Source of the DNA: an uncultured cyanobacterium
GTDB lineage: Bacteria; Cyanobacteriota; Cyanobacteriia; PCC-9006; JAAUQQ01
DNA: 64,000 nt
Reading direction: 5' to 3'
Assembly (NCBI GenBank): GCA_963718615.1
Contig: OY970368.1
Span: 5,024,001-5,088,000 of the forward strand
Part shown: positions 18,226 through 25,896 of the stretch, in pieces
Position numbering within the stretch: the stretch's first letter is position 1
Layout: every line of letters begins with the position of its first letter
Position numbers and translations under genes: made by a program
Notes under the pieces: model-generated
Told to the model about the DNA's origin: nothing
What the model saw: only the letters and a program-made list of their open reading frames with translations
Databases searched by the model: none

Positions 18226-20157
18226 CTATACAGTCGCCGCCTCGCGTTTTTTTGCAGACTGTACTTCGAGATAAATCAACAGGGCATTCACATCCGCCGG
18301 ATTAACCCCCCCAATGCGCGAGGCTTGGCCAATGGTTAGCGGACGGACTTGGGTGAGCTTTTCGCGAGCTTCCATGGAGAGGGTTTCGATCGCCATATAG
18401 TCCAAATTATCGGCTAACTTACGGTGTTCTTGACGGGCGATCGCATCAATTTGCTTCTGTTGCCGCTGCAAATACCCTGAATATTTAATCTCAATCTCCG
18501 CTCCTTCCTTTTCTTCCCGAGCCAGCGACGCCGTACCGAGGCCATAATGGTCCAAATCGCCATAGTGAAATCCAGGCCGACGCAGCAGATCTGCCAAGGT
18601 AATGGCATCTTTAATTTTTTGCTCGGTGTCTGCCATGATCTGCTGACCAACGGCTTCGTGGGCTTTGATGCGGGTGCTGTGGAGGCGTGCTTTTTCGGCG
18701 GTGATCTGGGCTTGCTTTTGCTGGAACAACTGCCAACGGCGATCGTCAATCAGGCCAATTTCTCGACCCACAGGCGTCAAGCGCTGATCGGCATTATCCG
18801 ATCGCAACAGCAACCGATATTCCGACCGACTGGTCAGCATCCGATAGGGCTCACGCAACTCTTTCGTACACAAATCATCTAGTAGCGTTCCCAAATAGCT
18901 CTGTTCCCGAGGGAAGATTACCGGGTCTTGGCCGCGCACCAACCGCACGGCATTAATCCCGGCCACGATGCCCTGGGCAGCGGCTTCTTCATAACCCGTG
19001 GTGCCATTGATTTGCCCTGCACAAAATAGCCCTTCGACGCGTTTGGTCATCATCGAGGGAAAGCATTGGGTCGCAGGCAAATAGTCATATTCGACGGCGT
19101 AGGCCGGTCGCAGCATGGTACAGTTTTCGAGGCCCGGTAGCGTACGCAACAGTACCAGTTGCAAATTCTCAGGCAGTCCAGTAGAAAATCCTTGAATATA
19201 CAACTCCGGGATGTCGCGCCCCTCCGGTTCAATAAAAATTTGGTGCGAGTCCTTATCGGCAAACCGCACGATCTTATCTTCGATGCTGGGGCAATAGCGC
19301 GGGCCTTTGGCATCGACGTAGCCGCCATAAATCGGCGTTAAGTGCAGGTTCTCCCGAATCATTTGGTGGGTGGCGGCGGTGGTGCGGGTGAGGTAGCAGG
19401 GCATTTGCTCTCGCTCCACCCAGGCGTCCGGGTCAAAGCTAAACCAACGCACATCTTCGTCGCCCGGTTGGGGTTCGAGAACACTGTAATTGACTGAGCG
19501 TTTATCAACGCGGGCGGGGGTGCCGGTTTTGAGGCGATCGGTTTCAAATCCCAAGCGGTTCAGGGTTTCCGTTAGCCCAACCGCCGCAAATTCCCCGGCC
19601 CGACCCGCTGGCATGGATTTGTTGCCCACCCAAATCTTGCCCCCCAGGAACGTACCGGTTGTTAAAACAACTGCTTTTGCCTTAAATGCTGCACCAAAGT
19701 AGGTCTCAACGCCCTGGACTTCTTCGTTTGGCCCCAGGATCAGATCGGTGACCATGCCCTCGCGCACCAGCAAATTTTCCTGGTTATCGACGATCTGTTT
19801 CATGATCGCGGCATATTCCCGCTTATCGGTTTGCGCTCGTAGCGCCCAGACGGCGGGGCCTCGGGAGGCGTTGAGAATGCGTTTTTGCAAGTAGGTGCGA
19901 TCGGCCAGTTTGCCAATTTCACCGCCCAGGGCATCGACTTCGTGGGTGAGCTGGGATTTGGCAGGGCCACCGACGGCGGGGTTGCAGGGTTGCCAGGCGA
20001 TGCGATCGAGATTCAGCGTTAGCAGCATGGTTTTGCAGCCCAACCGTGCCGCCGCCAGGGCTGCTTCACACCCGGCATGACCGGCCCCGACGACGATGAC
20101 GTCGAATTCGTCTTGGAAGTCGCGTGGGAAATTATGGGTAGCGATCGCAGTGGGCAT
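18226..20157 (-). CDS. mnmG: tRNA uridine-5-carboxymethylaminomethyl(34) synthesis enzyme
   Basis: [50 protein letters not shown] at 20157 inferred. Confidence 0.97.
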   Translation of the reverse strand: MPTAIATHNFPRDFQDEFDVIVVGAGHAGCEAALAAARLGCKTMLLTLNLDRIAWQPCNPAVGGPAKSQLTHEVDALGGEIGKLADRTYLQKRILNASRGPAVWALRAQTDKREYAAIMKQIVDNQENLLVREGMVTDLILGPNEEVQGVETYFGAAFKAKAVVLTTGTFLGGKIWVGNKSMPAGRAGEFAAVGLTETLNRLGFETDRLKTGTPARVDKRSVNYSVLEPQPGDEDVRWFSFDPDAWVEREQMPCYLTRTTAATHQMIRENLHLTPIYGGYVDAKGPRYCPSIEDKIVRFADKDSHQIFIEPEGRDIPELYIQGFSTGLPENLQLVLLRTLPGLENCTMLRPAYAVEYDYLPATQCFPSMMTKRVEGLFCAGQINGTTGYEEAAAQGIVAGINAVRLVRGQDPVIFPREQSYLGTLLDDLCTKELREPYRMLTSRSEYRLLLRSDNADQRLTPVGREIGLIDDRRWQLFQQKQAQITAEKARLHSTRIKAHEAVGQQIMADTEQKIKDAITLADLLRRPGFHYGDLDHYGLGTASLAREEKEGAEIEIKYSGYLQRQQKQIDAIARQEHRKLADNLDYMAIETLSMEAREKLTQVRPLTIGQASRIGGVNPADVNALLIYLEVQSAKKREAATV

Positions 20158-20356
20158 GAGAACAGGTATGGCTCTGTCAGGGACTAGAGCCTTTATTTTA
20201 TCGGATTCTACGAATTCCCTGTTAGCTGGCTCCGTATACAGATCTTGCACTTATCCTTTGCGGCAATCGATCATTCTGAATTCCTCAGCAAAGATCGTCT
20301 GTGGCCAGGGTTGATAGATAATTGATTGGCAGGAATCAAATGCTCCACAGTCAATT

Positions 20357-20473
20357 ATGAAGTTGCTGACTCGCGACGCTACTGACTATATCAATGACCA
20401 TCTAGACCAGGGGTTGAGTTTAGACAAATTAGCGACGATCGCCCACCTCAGCCCTTATCACTATGCATATTAG
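20357..20473 (+). pseudogene. AraC-family HTH fragment
   Basis: DYINDHLDQGLSLDKLATIAHLSPYHYA, then breaks at the IR starting at 20462. Confidence 0.7.
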
Positions 20474-20760
20474 GGTTTCTAGGGATTTCGATTGCAAGCC
20501 ATATCCCGAAAGGGCTTCGGGAAATTTTAGTGCTTAATATCGCAAGTTTTGTCCTGTACAGAGCGAAATAGTAGGTCCTCTGGGCCATCTCATCAACAGA
20601 TACTTACCCTTTTCCACAGGGTAGAAATCGATAAAATCGTTGCTGATACAGAGTTTCAGCTATCCTTACCTTTAGAGTACTACCCCTGGTCAAGCAATTT
20701 TTTGGGTCTGGGTTCCATGGCGGTTTCATAGAGAAAAGTTACGAAACCCTAACTTGCATA
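20462..20760. mobile_element. 299-bp segment bounded by inverted repeats (MITE/IS-remnant-like)
   Basis: TATGCATATTAGGGTTTC (20462-20479) vs GAAACCCTAACTTGCATA (20743-20760), 16/18 complementary. Confidence 0.5.
20680..20718 (-). pseudogene. intI: Integron integrase N-terminal relic
   Basis: MEPRPKKLLDQ then G*. Matches the usual start of integron integrases (..PKKLLDQVR..) and is divergent from the attI/attC array. Confidence 0.65.
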
Positions 20761-20917
20761 ATATTTTATAAAGGACGCCGTGCTATCTGGCAGGGTAGCT
20801 ATACTGAAATGAGTCCACCTAATCTACTAATGAAGGTGTTATGCAGACATATGGCTACCTAATCTCCTTTAGGGAATTGTTAGATGGACAGATTTCCATC
20901 TAACGCGTCCAAAGCGT

Positions 20918-20957
20918 GACTAGATGGACTAGATTCAGTCCAATAATATTGTTAAAT
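20918..20957 (+). mobile_element. Integron attI-like recombination site (right)
   Basis: GACTAGATGGA-ctag-ATTCAGTCCAAT-aatatt-GTTAAAT, lying between the intI relic and the first attC. Confidence 0.7.
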
Positions 20958-21041
20958 CGCAGCGGCAATATGAATCACTGAGGAGGCTTGCCTATAGATT
21001 TAATGTTAGCGCTTGGGAACACTACAAACAACTCCGCTACG

Positions 21042-21157
21042 AATTAACATATCGCTGCAACCGACGCAACAAAAAAAGGATTGATGAGCCAGCCGCGCTA
21101 TCAACATGCGTTGATAATAGCTAGATTTCTTGGCGTGGCTGAGCTAAATCGTTAGAC
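21042..21157 (+). mobile_element. attC site 1
   Basis: R'' AATTAAC, 5-nt spacer, L'' GCT(G)CAAC ... L' GCTGAGC, 6-nt spacer, R' GTTAGAC. Extrahelical-base pattern present. Confidence 0.85.
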
Positions 21158-21199
21158 AGAAAACCTATAATTTATAAATATGATTCATAGACTAACTTT

Positions 21200-22621
21200 A
21201 TGGAATGTAAAGCGAAGAAGTATTTCTCAGTTGAAGTTGACTTTGAGCTAGACTTTTGCACGCATGAAGCGAAAATTTACACAACAGACAGGTTTTATGA
21301 GCTGAAGACAGTATCTGGTGAGTTAGGCGCAGAATCTAGTTCTGATAAAAAAGCCTTTTTAGTGATAGAGGTATGGACTCAATTGAATGACACTGAGTCT
21401 TCCATAAATGTTCTTTTAAATACTCGGACTCCTATTCTAATTCTTCTTAGTATAATTAGCTATCTCTTAGATTATCCATTGACTATTTATGAAGCAGCAT
21501 CAGGCGAAACTGGGATTGCCTCAGATGAAAAACCTAATAAAATCAAAGTTTCAAAGTTTGTTCACAGTAAGATTGACAAATCAGATGACCTCCTCAAAAT
21601 TTTAGAAGCTATTTATGAGAGTGGAGAAAGCGTCAATGAATTTTTGGTTTCTGTCTTAAGTCGTTGGCATAAAGCTCGTTATTTAGAAGAACAAGATGAT
21701 GCTAGCTTATATTACGAGGAGAGCTTTCTGGTTTATTTCCATGTTATAGAATTATGCTCTAATCATTACAGCAACCAACAAAGCAAGGAAGCGCAAGACC
21801 AAATAGAAAGATTTACAAGAGAACTTCTTTCAAATACGTTAAAACTGCGGGACAATCAATTAGAACAAGCTAGTCAAGAGAAATACAAGGCAGTTCGCTC
21901 GATTTTGCTGGCTGATGGGCAAATATCAATAACATCAAAAACATGTTATTTTCTAGATCGAGTAAAGTTATTAGACCTCAAAACACAGTATTTTGTAGAG
22001 CAACTGGTTAAAATACGTAATACGATTGCACATGGTCGTCCTGTAAATCACAAAACACTAAGCTGGCCTCTGCCACCATTTTTCTCGATCAATGGTGATG
22101 TAGGAAATTTTATCTTTGAAATCAGGGCATTTACAGGTCGAGTTATTGGCGCGTATCTATCAATTGAAGCTTGGATGGATAAGTGGTCGGATGTCCATGA
22201 TTGTTTACATGTGCCGCCAGAATATATCAAAAAATTCATAAATGAGAACTCCTTTAAATCTATTTCACCAACTGATTTCCTAAAAGGTACGATAGAGGGC
22301 GTAAGACCAAGCTCTTTGGTGAAGCAATTTTTATTAAATAGGATGAAATTTCATGAGCTTGAAATAGGATTGAAGTCATTTTTGCTTGATGTAAAAGTTG
22401 ATGAAGATAGCGCTTTTGAAATTTTTGAGGCATCAATAGTGTTGGCAGACTCATCAGACAAGCAATTATCTGATAGATGCAGAAATATAGTATTTGATAT
22501 ACATAAAAACGAATTAGCGTGGTATTCAAATATAAAAGATGTTCTTAGAGAAATAGAGCAGCAAGGAGTTAAGTTGGTCTGGTTTCGTGAATGGATCGAA
22601 ACTGGTGGTCATAGGAGCTAA
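21200..22621 (+). CDS. Cassette-borne hypothetical protein with HEPN-like RxxxxH motif
   Basis: AT-rich, no HIP1, flanked by attC sites. FLVYFHVIE...KIRNTIAHG. Confidence 0.8.
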   Translation: MECKAKKYFSVEVDFELDFCTHEAKIYTTDRFYELKTVSGELGAESSSDKKAFLVIEVWTQLNDTESSINVLLNTRTPILILLSIISYLLDYPLTIYEAASGETGIASDEKPNKIKVSKFVHSKIDKSDDLLKILEAIYESGESVNEFLVSVLSRWHKARYLEEQDDASLYYEESFLVYFHVIELCSNHYSNQQSKEAQDQIERFTRELLSNTLKLRDNQLEQASQEKYKAVRSILLADGQISITSKTCYFLDRVKLLDLKTQYFVEQLVKIRNTIAHGRPVNHKTLSWPLPPFFSINGDVGNFIFEIRAFTGRVIGAYLSIEAWMDKWSDVHDCLHVPPEYIKKFINENSFKSISPTDFLKGTIEGVRPSSLVKQFLLNRMKFHELEIGLKSFLLDVKVDEDSAFEIFEASIVLADSSDKQLSDRCRNIVFDIHKNELAWYSNIKDVLREIEQQGVKLVWFREWIETGGHRS

Positions 22622-22651
22622 GCTGTGAACCAATTGCTATGAAAGAAATCT

Positions 22652-22739
22652 GTCTAACAATCCCGTTGCACACCGACCGTATAAAGTTGGTTGGTCAAGC
22701 CCAAGAGGTAATGGCGGCAGGTGAACGGGGTCGTTAGAT
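22652..22739 (+). mobile_element. attC site 2
   Basis: R'' GTCTAAC (exact complement of the upstream GTTAGAC), L'' GTT(G)CACA ... L' GGTGAAC, R' GTTAGAT. Confidence 0.88.
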
Positions 22740-23474
22740 GGAATCCGGGTCCACCCCAATTGACCTCAAATAGTCCGCCAAGCGATCAGCCCGCTGGCGC
22801 TCTTCCCTGAGCTGTCGCCGCTCTGCGCTGAGCTGTTCTTGCAAATCTCCAATCACCTGCTCCGAGAAAGGATACGGCTGACCCTGGGCATCGTGCCACA
22901 GCAACACCTCCTGCTCAATACCGCCCACCACCTGTCGCCCGCGCCCCAAACCTAAACCGATCTCTGCCATCCAAAAGGGTTCACCGATTTGGAGCTGATA
23001 GACCCCGTTTTCTAAGCGATACAGCTCGAAGGGTTGATGCTGATCGCGCCGCCAATACTCAGGGTTGTAGATGACGGAGTAACGCACGCCAAGACGAGCA
23101 TAGAGGTCGAGTTTTTCCTCATATTCTCCGTTGTAACGATGGGAGACCATTTCGAGGGTGAGGATGGGTACGATTTCGTTCTCTTCCCAGACGGCGTAGC
23201 TTTTGCGGGACTTGCCATCCTTTTTGCGTTCTACGCCCAGGCTCAAAAATGCATCCGGCACCACGGGCACTCGGGGATTCAGTCCAGTGGTGTGGTAGAC
23301 CGCCATATCAACGGCAAAAAACCAATCCATCCGTTCGGACCAAAGATTGGCCAGGGCCAAGAGGAGGAGATTGGGCAGGAGGTTTTGATCTTCGTTGTCC
23401 ACGGGGGTATCGTCCGAGCAGGGCAACTCGTCAGTTGTCGGTAATGCTGTAACATCCAGCGGCTGGGAAACCAT
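22734..23474 (-). CDS. Uma2-family (DUF820) endonuclease-like protein
   Basis: LPCSDDTPVDNEDQ, VVPDAFLSLGV, LEMVS, Y-x2-LGV-x-Y; coiled-coil tail. Confidence 0.9.
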   Translation of the reverse strand: MVSQPLDVTALPTTDELPCSDDTPVDNEDQNLLPNLLLLALANLWSERMDWFFAVDMAVYHTTGLNPRVPVVPDAFLSLGVERKKDGKSRKSYAVWEENEIVPILTLEMVSHRYNGEYEEKLDLYARLGVRYSVIYNPEYWRRDQHQPFELYRLENGVYQLQIGEPFWMAEIGLGLGRGRQVVGGIEQEVLLWHDAQGQPYPFSEQVIGDLQEQLSAERRQLREERQRADRLADYLRSIGVDPDSI

Positions 23475-23576
23475 GGCAACCTAGAACAAATCTACTTCTC
23501 ATTCTAACCAATCTAGCCTAAGCGCAGCATTGCCATCCTGTCATCCAGATATGGCAGATATGGGCAGGTATAGGGA

Positions 23577-24185
23577 TTAGAGTTGCTCTAGCCACTGGGG
23601 CCATTGTTCAGATTGAAGGATGATTTTGGCGAGGGCTTGGTAGCCTTTGGCGTTGGGGTGGGCTCCGTCGTTGGCGATCGCCTCTTCCATCCAAGCCGAA
23701 TTTTTCAACAGGGCTTGGCAGGTTGAAACATAGGGAATCTGGAGGGATTGGCAAAGGTCGGCCAGTTTGCGATTGAGGGGGGCCAGTCTGCGGTTGGCTT
23801 CGGGGTCGTCGGCGATCGGTGGGGATTCAATCATCAAGACGGTGCCTAGTTTTTGGGCTTGGCTCAAGATGGCTTGGGCGTAGGCGAGGCTATCGGCGGG
23901 GCTGACTCTGGGTTGGCCGGTGTCGTCGTCGAGATCAACATCGTTGGCCCCAAAGCAAAACACGAAGCCGGTGCCAGCGGTTTCGGCGAGGCGGCAGTGG
24001 ACTTCTCGTTGCCAGCGTTGGTGGATGAGTTGGCTAGTGTCGCCCCGGATGCCGAGGTTGTAGCAGGTGATGGCGGTGCCTTGGGCAAGAGTTGCTGCAC
24101 AAATGCGACTGACCCAGCCAAGGCAGGTGGGGTCGCCGGTGCCGTTGGTGAAGGAGTCGCCGATGAAGAAGATGCGGGGGCTCAT
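23577..24185 (-). CDS. GDSL/SGNH hydrolase
   Basis: FIGDSF, NLGIRG, FGAND, DGAHP. Confidence 0.9.
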   Translation of the reverse strand: MSPRIFFIGDSFTNGTGDPTCLGWVSRICAATLAQGTAITCYNLGIRGDTSQLIHQRWQREVHCRLAETAGTGFVFCFGANDVDLDDDTGQPRVSPADSLAYAQAILSQAQKLGTVLMIESPPIADDPEANRRLAPLNRKLADLCQSLQIPYVSTCQALLKNSAWMEEAIANDGAHPNAKGYQALAKIILQSEQWPQWLEQL

Positions 24186-24300
24186 GAAGAGACTTCTATT
24201 GCCTGTGGGGTATGGTGTCTGAGGTTTTTACCTATGAATCATATGCGATCGCTTTTTGTAATTATAATGTAGTTATTCAGTGGTGTGCGATATCAACGGT

Positions 24301-24588
24301 ATGGATAAAATCAGGTTCGAATGGGATCCGCACAAGGCAGAGGCCAATTATCGCAAGCACGGTATTTCTTTCGAGGAAGCTCAGACAGCTTTTTACGATG
24401 ACAAGGCTAGGTTAATCCATGATCCTGAACATTCTCTAAACGAAGACCGCTACATTTTGCTTGGCTTCAGTCAGGTATTGCGGTTGTTAATTGTGTGCCA
24501 TGTGTACCGGGAGAATGATGAGGTCATTCGAATTATTTCGGCACGTCTTGCGGCGAAGTCGGAACGCAGGCAGTACGAGGGCTTTTAA
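24301..24588 (+). CDS. brnT: BrnT-family toxin (DUF497)
   Basis: FEWDPHKAEANYRKHGISFEEA...EDRYILLG...IRIISAR. Confidence 0.9.
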   Translation: MDKIRFEWDPHKAEANYRKHGISFEEAQTAFYDDKARLIHDPEHSLNEDRYILLGFSQVLRLLIVCHVYRENDEVIRIISARLAAKSERRQYEGF

Positions 24589-24589
24589 T

Positions 24590-24817
24590 ATGCAACAGGA
24601 ATACGATTTTTCTCATTCGGTTCAAAATCCTTATATCAAGAAGCTGAAGAAGCAAATTACGATTCGGCTGGAAGAGGAGGTAGTAGATTATTTTAAACAG
24701 TTAGCTGAGGAGACTGATATTCCTTATCAGAGTTTGATTAATCTGTATCTTAAGGACTGTGTGCGATCGCAACGCAAAATCGCGATCGCGTGGAAGGATT
24801 CGGCTTTGGCTGAATAG
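24590..24817 (+). CDS. brnA: BrnA-family antitoxin (DUF4415)
   Basis: EYDFS...KKQITIRL...YFK...IPYQSLINLYL. Confidence 0.88.
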   Translation: MQQEYDFSHSVQNPYIKKLKKQITIRLEEEVVDYFKQLAEETDIPYQSLINLYLKDCVRSQRKIAIAWKDSALAE

Positions 24818-24857
24818 GAGAAAACAAATCGAGGTTCCACAGAAAAAGACGAAGCGT

Positions 24858-24944
24858 ACAAACACGACTGAGCTAGCCGAGGCAGGTGCGATCGCCCGTG
24901 CCGTTGGTGAAGGAATCGCCGATGAAGAAGATGCGGGGGCTCAT
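24858..24944 (-). pseudogene. Duplicated 5' fragment of the GDSL hydrolase gene
   Basis: MSPRIFFIGDSFTNGTGDRTCLG*, near-identical to 24099-24185. TAG replaces TGG. Confidence 0.85.
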
Positions 24945-25306
24945 TGTAGGGACAGTGGCCTGATGCTGCGTTCGACGGCAATTTTGAGCGCTTTGGCTTT
25001 GCGGACGAGCCCTCGGCGATATAGCTTCATGAGAAATTGGAGTTCTTGGCGTTCTGCTGAGGTGAGTTGATTTTCGCGTTGACGACTGAGCAGGGTGTTG
25101 AGGGTGTCTTGTTGCTGGTCGTCGAGTTGCATGTTGCAGAGAGCGAGCACTTGACTGTCAGGCAGTGTTTCAATGGGGTGTTCGGTGAAGCTATGGGTAA
25201 GCCATTCGAGCAGGATGTCTTCGATGCCCTGCTGGCTTTGATTCGCGAGTTGTTGCGCCTGTTGGAGTATGCCGTCGGGGATGCTGAGGCTGATGGTTTG
25301 GGCCAT
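24941..25306 (-). CDS. Hypothetical protein (antitoxin-like, RHH-type N-terminus)
   Basis: ITLSIPD-like start and LxxLL-x-RQRE-x-QLT-x2-E-x2-EL pattern common in small cyanobacterial accessory proteins. Stop overlaps the ATG of the GDSL fragment. Confidence 0.7.
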   Translation of the reverse strand: MAQTISLSIPDGILQQAQQLANQSQQGIEDILLEWLTHSFTEHPIETLPDSQVLALCNMQLDDQQQDTLNTLLSRQRENQLTSAERQELQFLMKLYRRGLVRKAKALKIAVERSIRPLSLQ

Positions 25307-25350
25307 GGGTGGTGGGTTGGGAGTGCTTGTGTTCTAGTTTAGCGTGAGAG

Positions 25351-25521
25351 TATTGCCTGTGATTGACTTAACTGCGATCGCCATCTGTAATTACATTCTG
25401 TAATCATGATGTAGTTATTCACTGTATTTTGATGATGCAACAGGCATACGACTTTTCTCATTTGATGCAGAATCCTTAACGTAAAATCGCGATCGCATGG
25501 AATGATTCGGTTCTGGCTGAA
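25351..25521 (+). pseudogene. Decayed, internally deleted copy of the brnTA promoter and brnA
   Basis: Matches 24197-24280 (tattgcctgtg...gtagttattca) and both ends of brnA (atgcaacagg.atacga.ttttctcatt / aaaatcgcgatcgc.tggaa.gattcgg). Confidence 0.8.
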
Positions 25522-25606
25522 TTGCCAAGAAACAAGGATTAAATAACAAGAAATTTGTAGGTTATTAAATTCACTACAATCGGCAATATTTTGAAGGATT
25601 GCCTGA

Positions 25607-25661
25607 ATGCCGCGAAAACCAAGGGAGCTAAAGCCTCAATTTTGCCACCACATTACTGTGC
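25607..25661 (+). pseudogene. N-terminal relic of a Y1 (IS200/RAYT-like) transposase
   Basis: MPRKPRELKPQFCHHITV resembles MPRxxR...YHIT starts; similarity then ends. Confidence 0.5.
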
Positions 25662-25678
25662 TGACGAAATCCACGGAG

Positions 25679-25834
25679 TTACCAGGAAATCTCGGGGTGT
25701 TTCATGATCTGGTTATCTAGATACCTGCGGTAGGCTTCACGCTCTTCTACCAGCTTCTCGTAGTTCACTCCTTCCTCTATCGGCAGGCAGATGGTTTTGT
25801 CTCCTGCCTTCCCTCTCCTCTTGCGTTTGGCCAT
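25679..25834 (-). pseudogene. 51-aa fragment resembling a transposase-like N-terminus
   Basis: GGAG RBS, then MAKRKRRGKAGDKTICLPIEEGVNYEKLVEEREAYRRYLDNQIMKHPEISW*. Confidence 0.4.
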
Positions 25835-25896
25835 TACTCCAGGCCTCCTATTACGCTTTCTACGATCTTACTACCCTCACACAAACTCATATGGAA

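Noticed and set aside
20750-20775. dif-like site (CTTGCATAA-TATTTT-ATAAAGG)
   Set aside because: Only a partial XerC-like arm; no TTATGTTAAAT-type arm.
22734-23580. Uma2 gene as an inverted third cassette
   Set aside because: TTCTAAC near 23502 is not followed by L boxes or an R' box and fits a -10 element (TAGAAT) of the gene. Composition is host-like.
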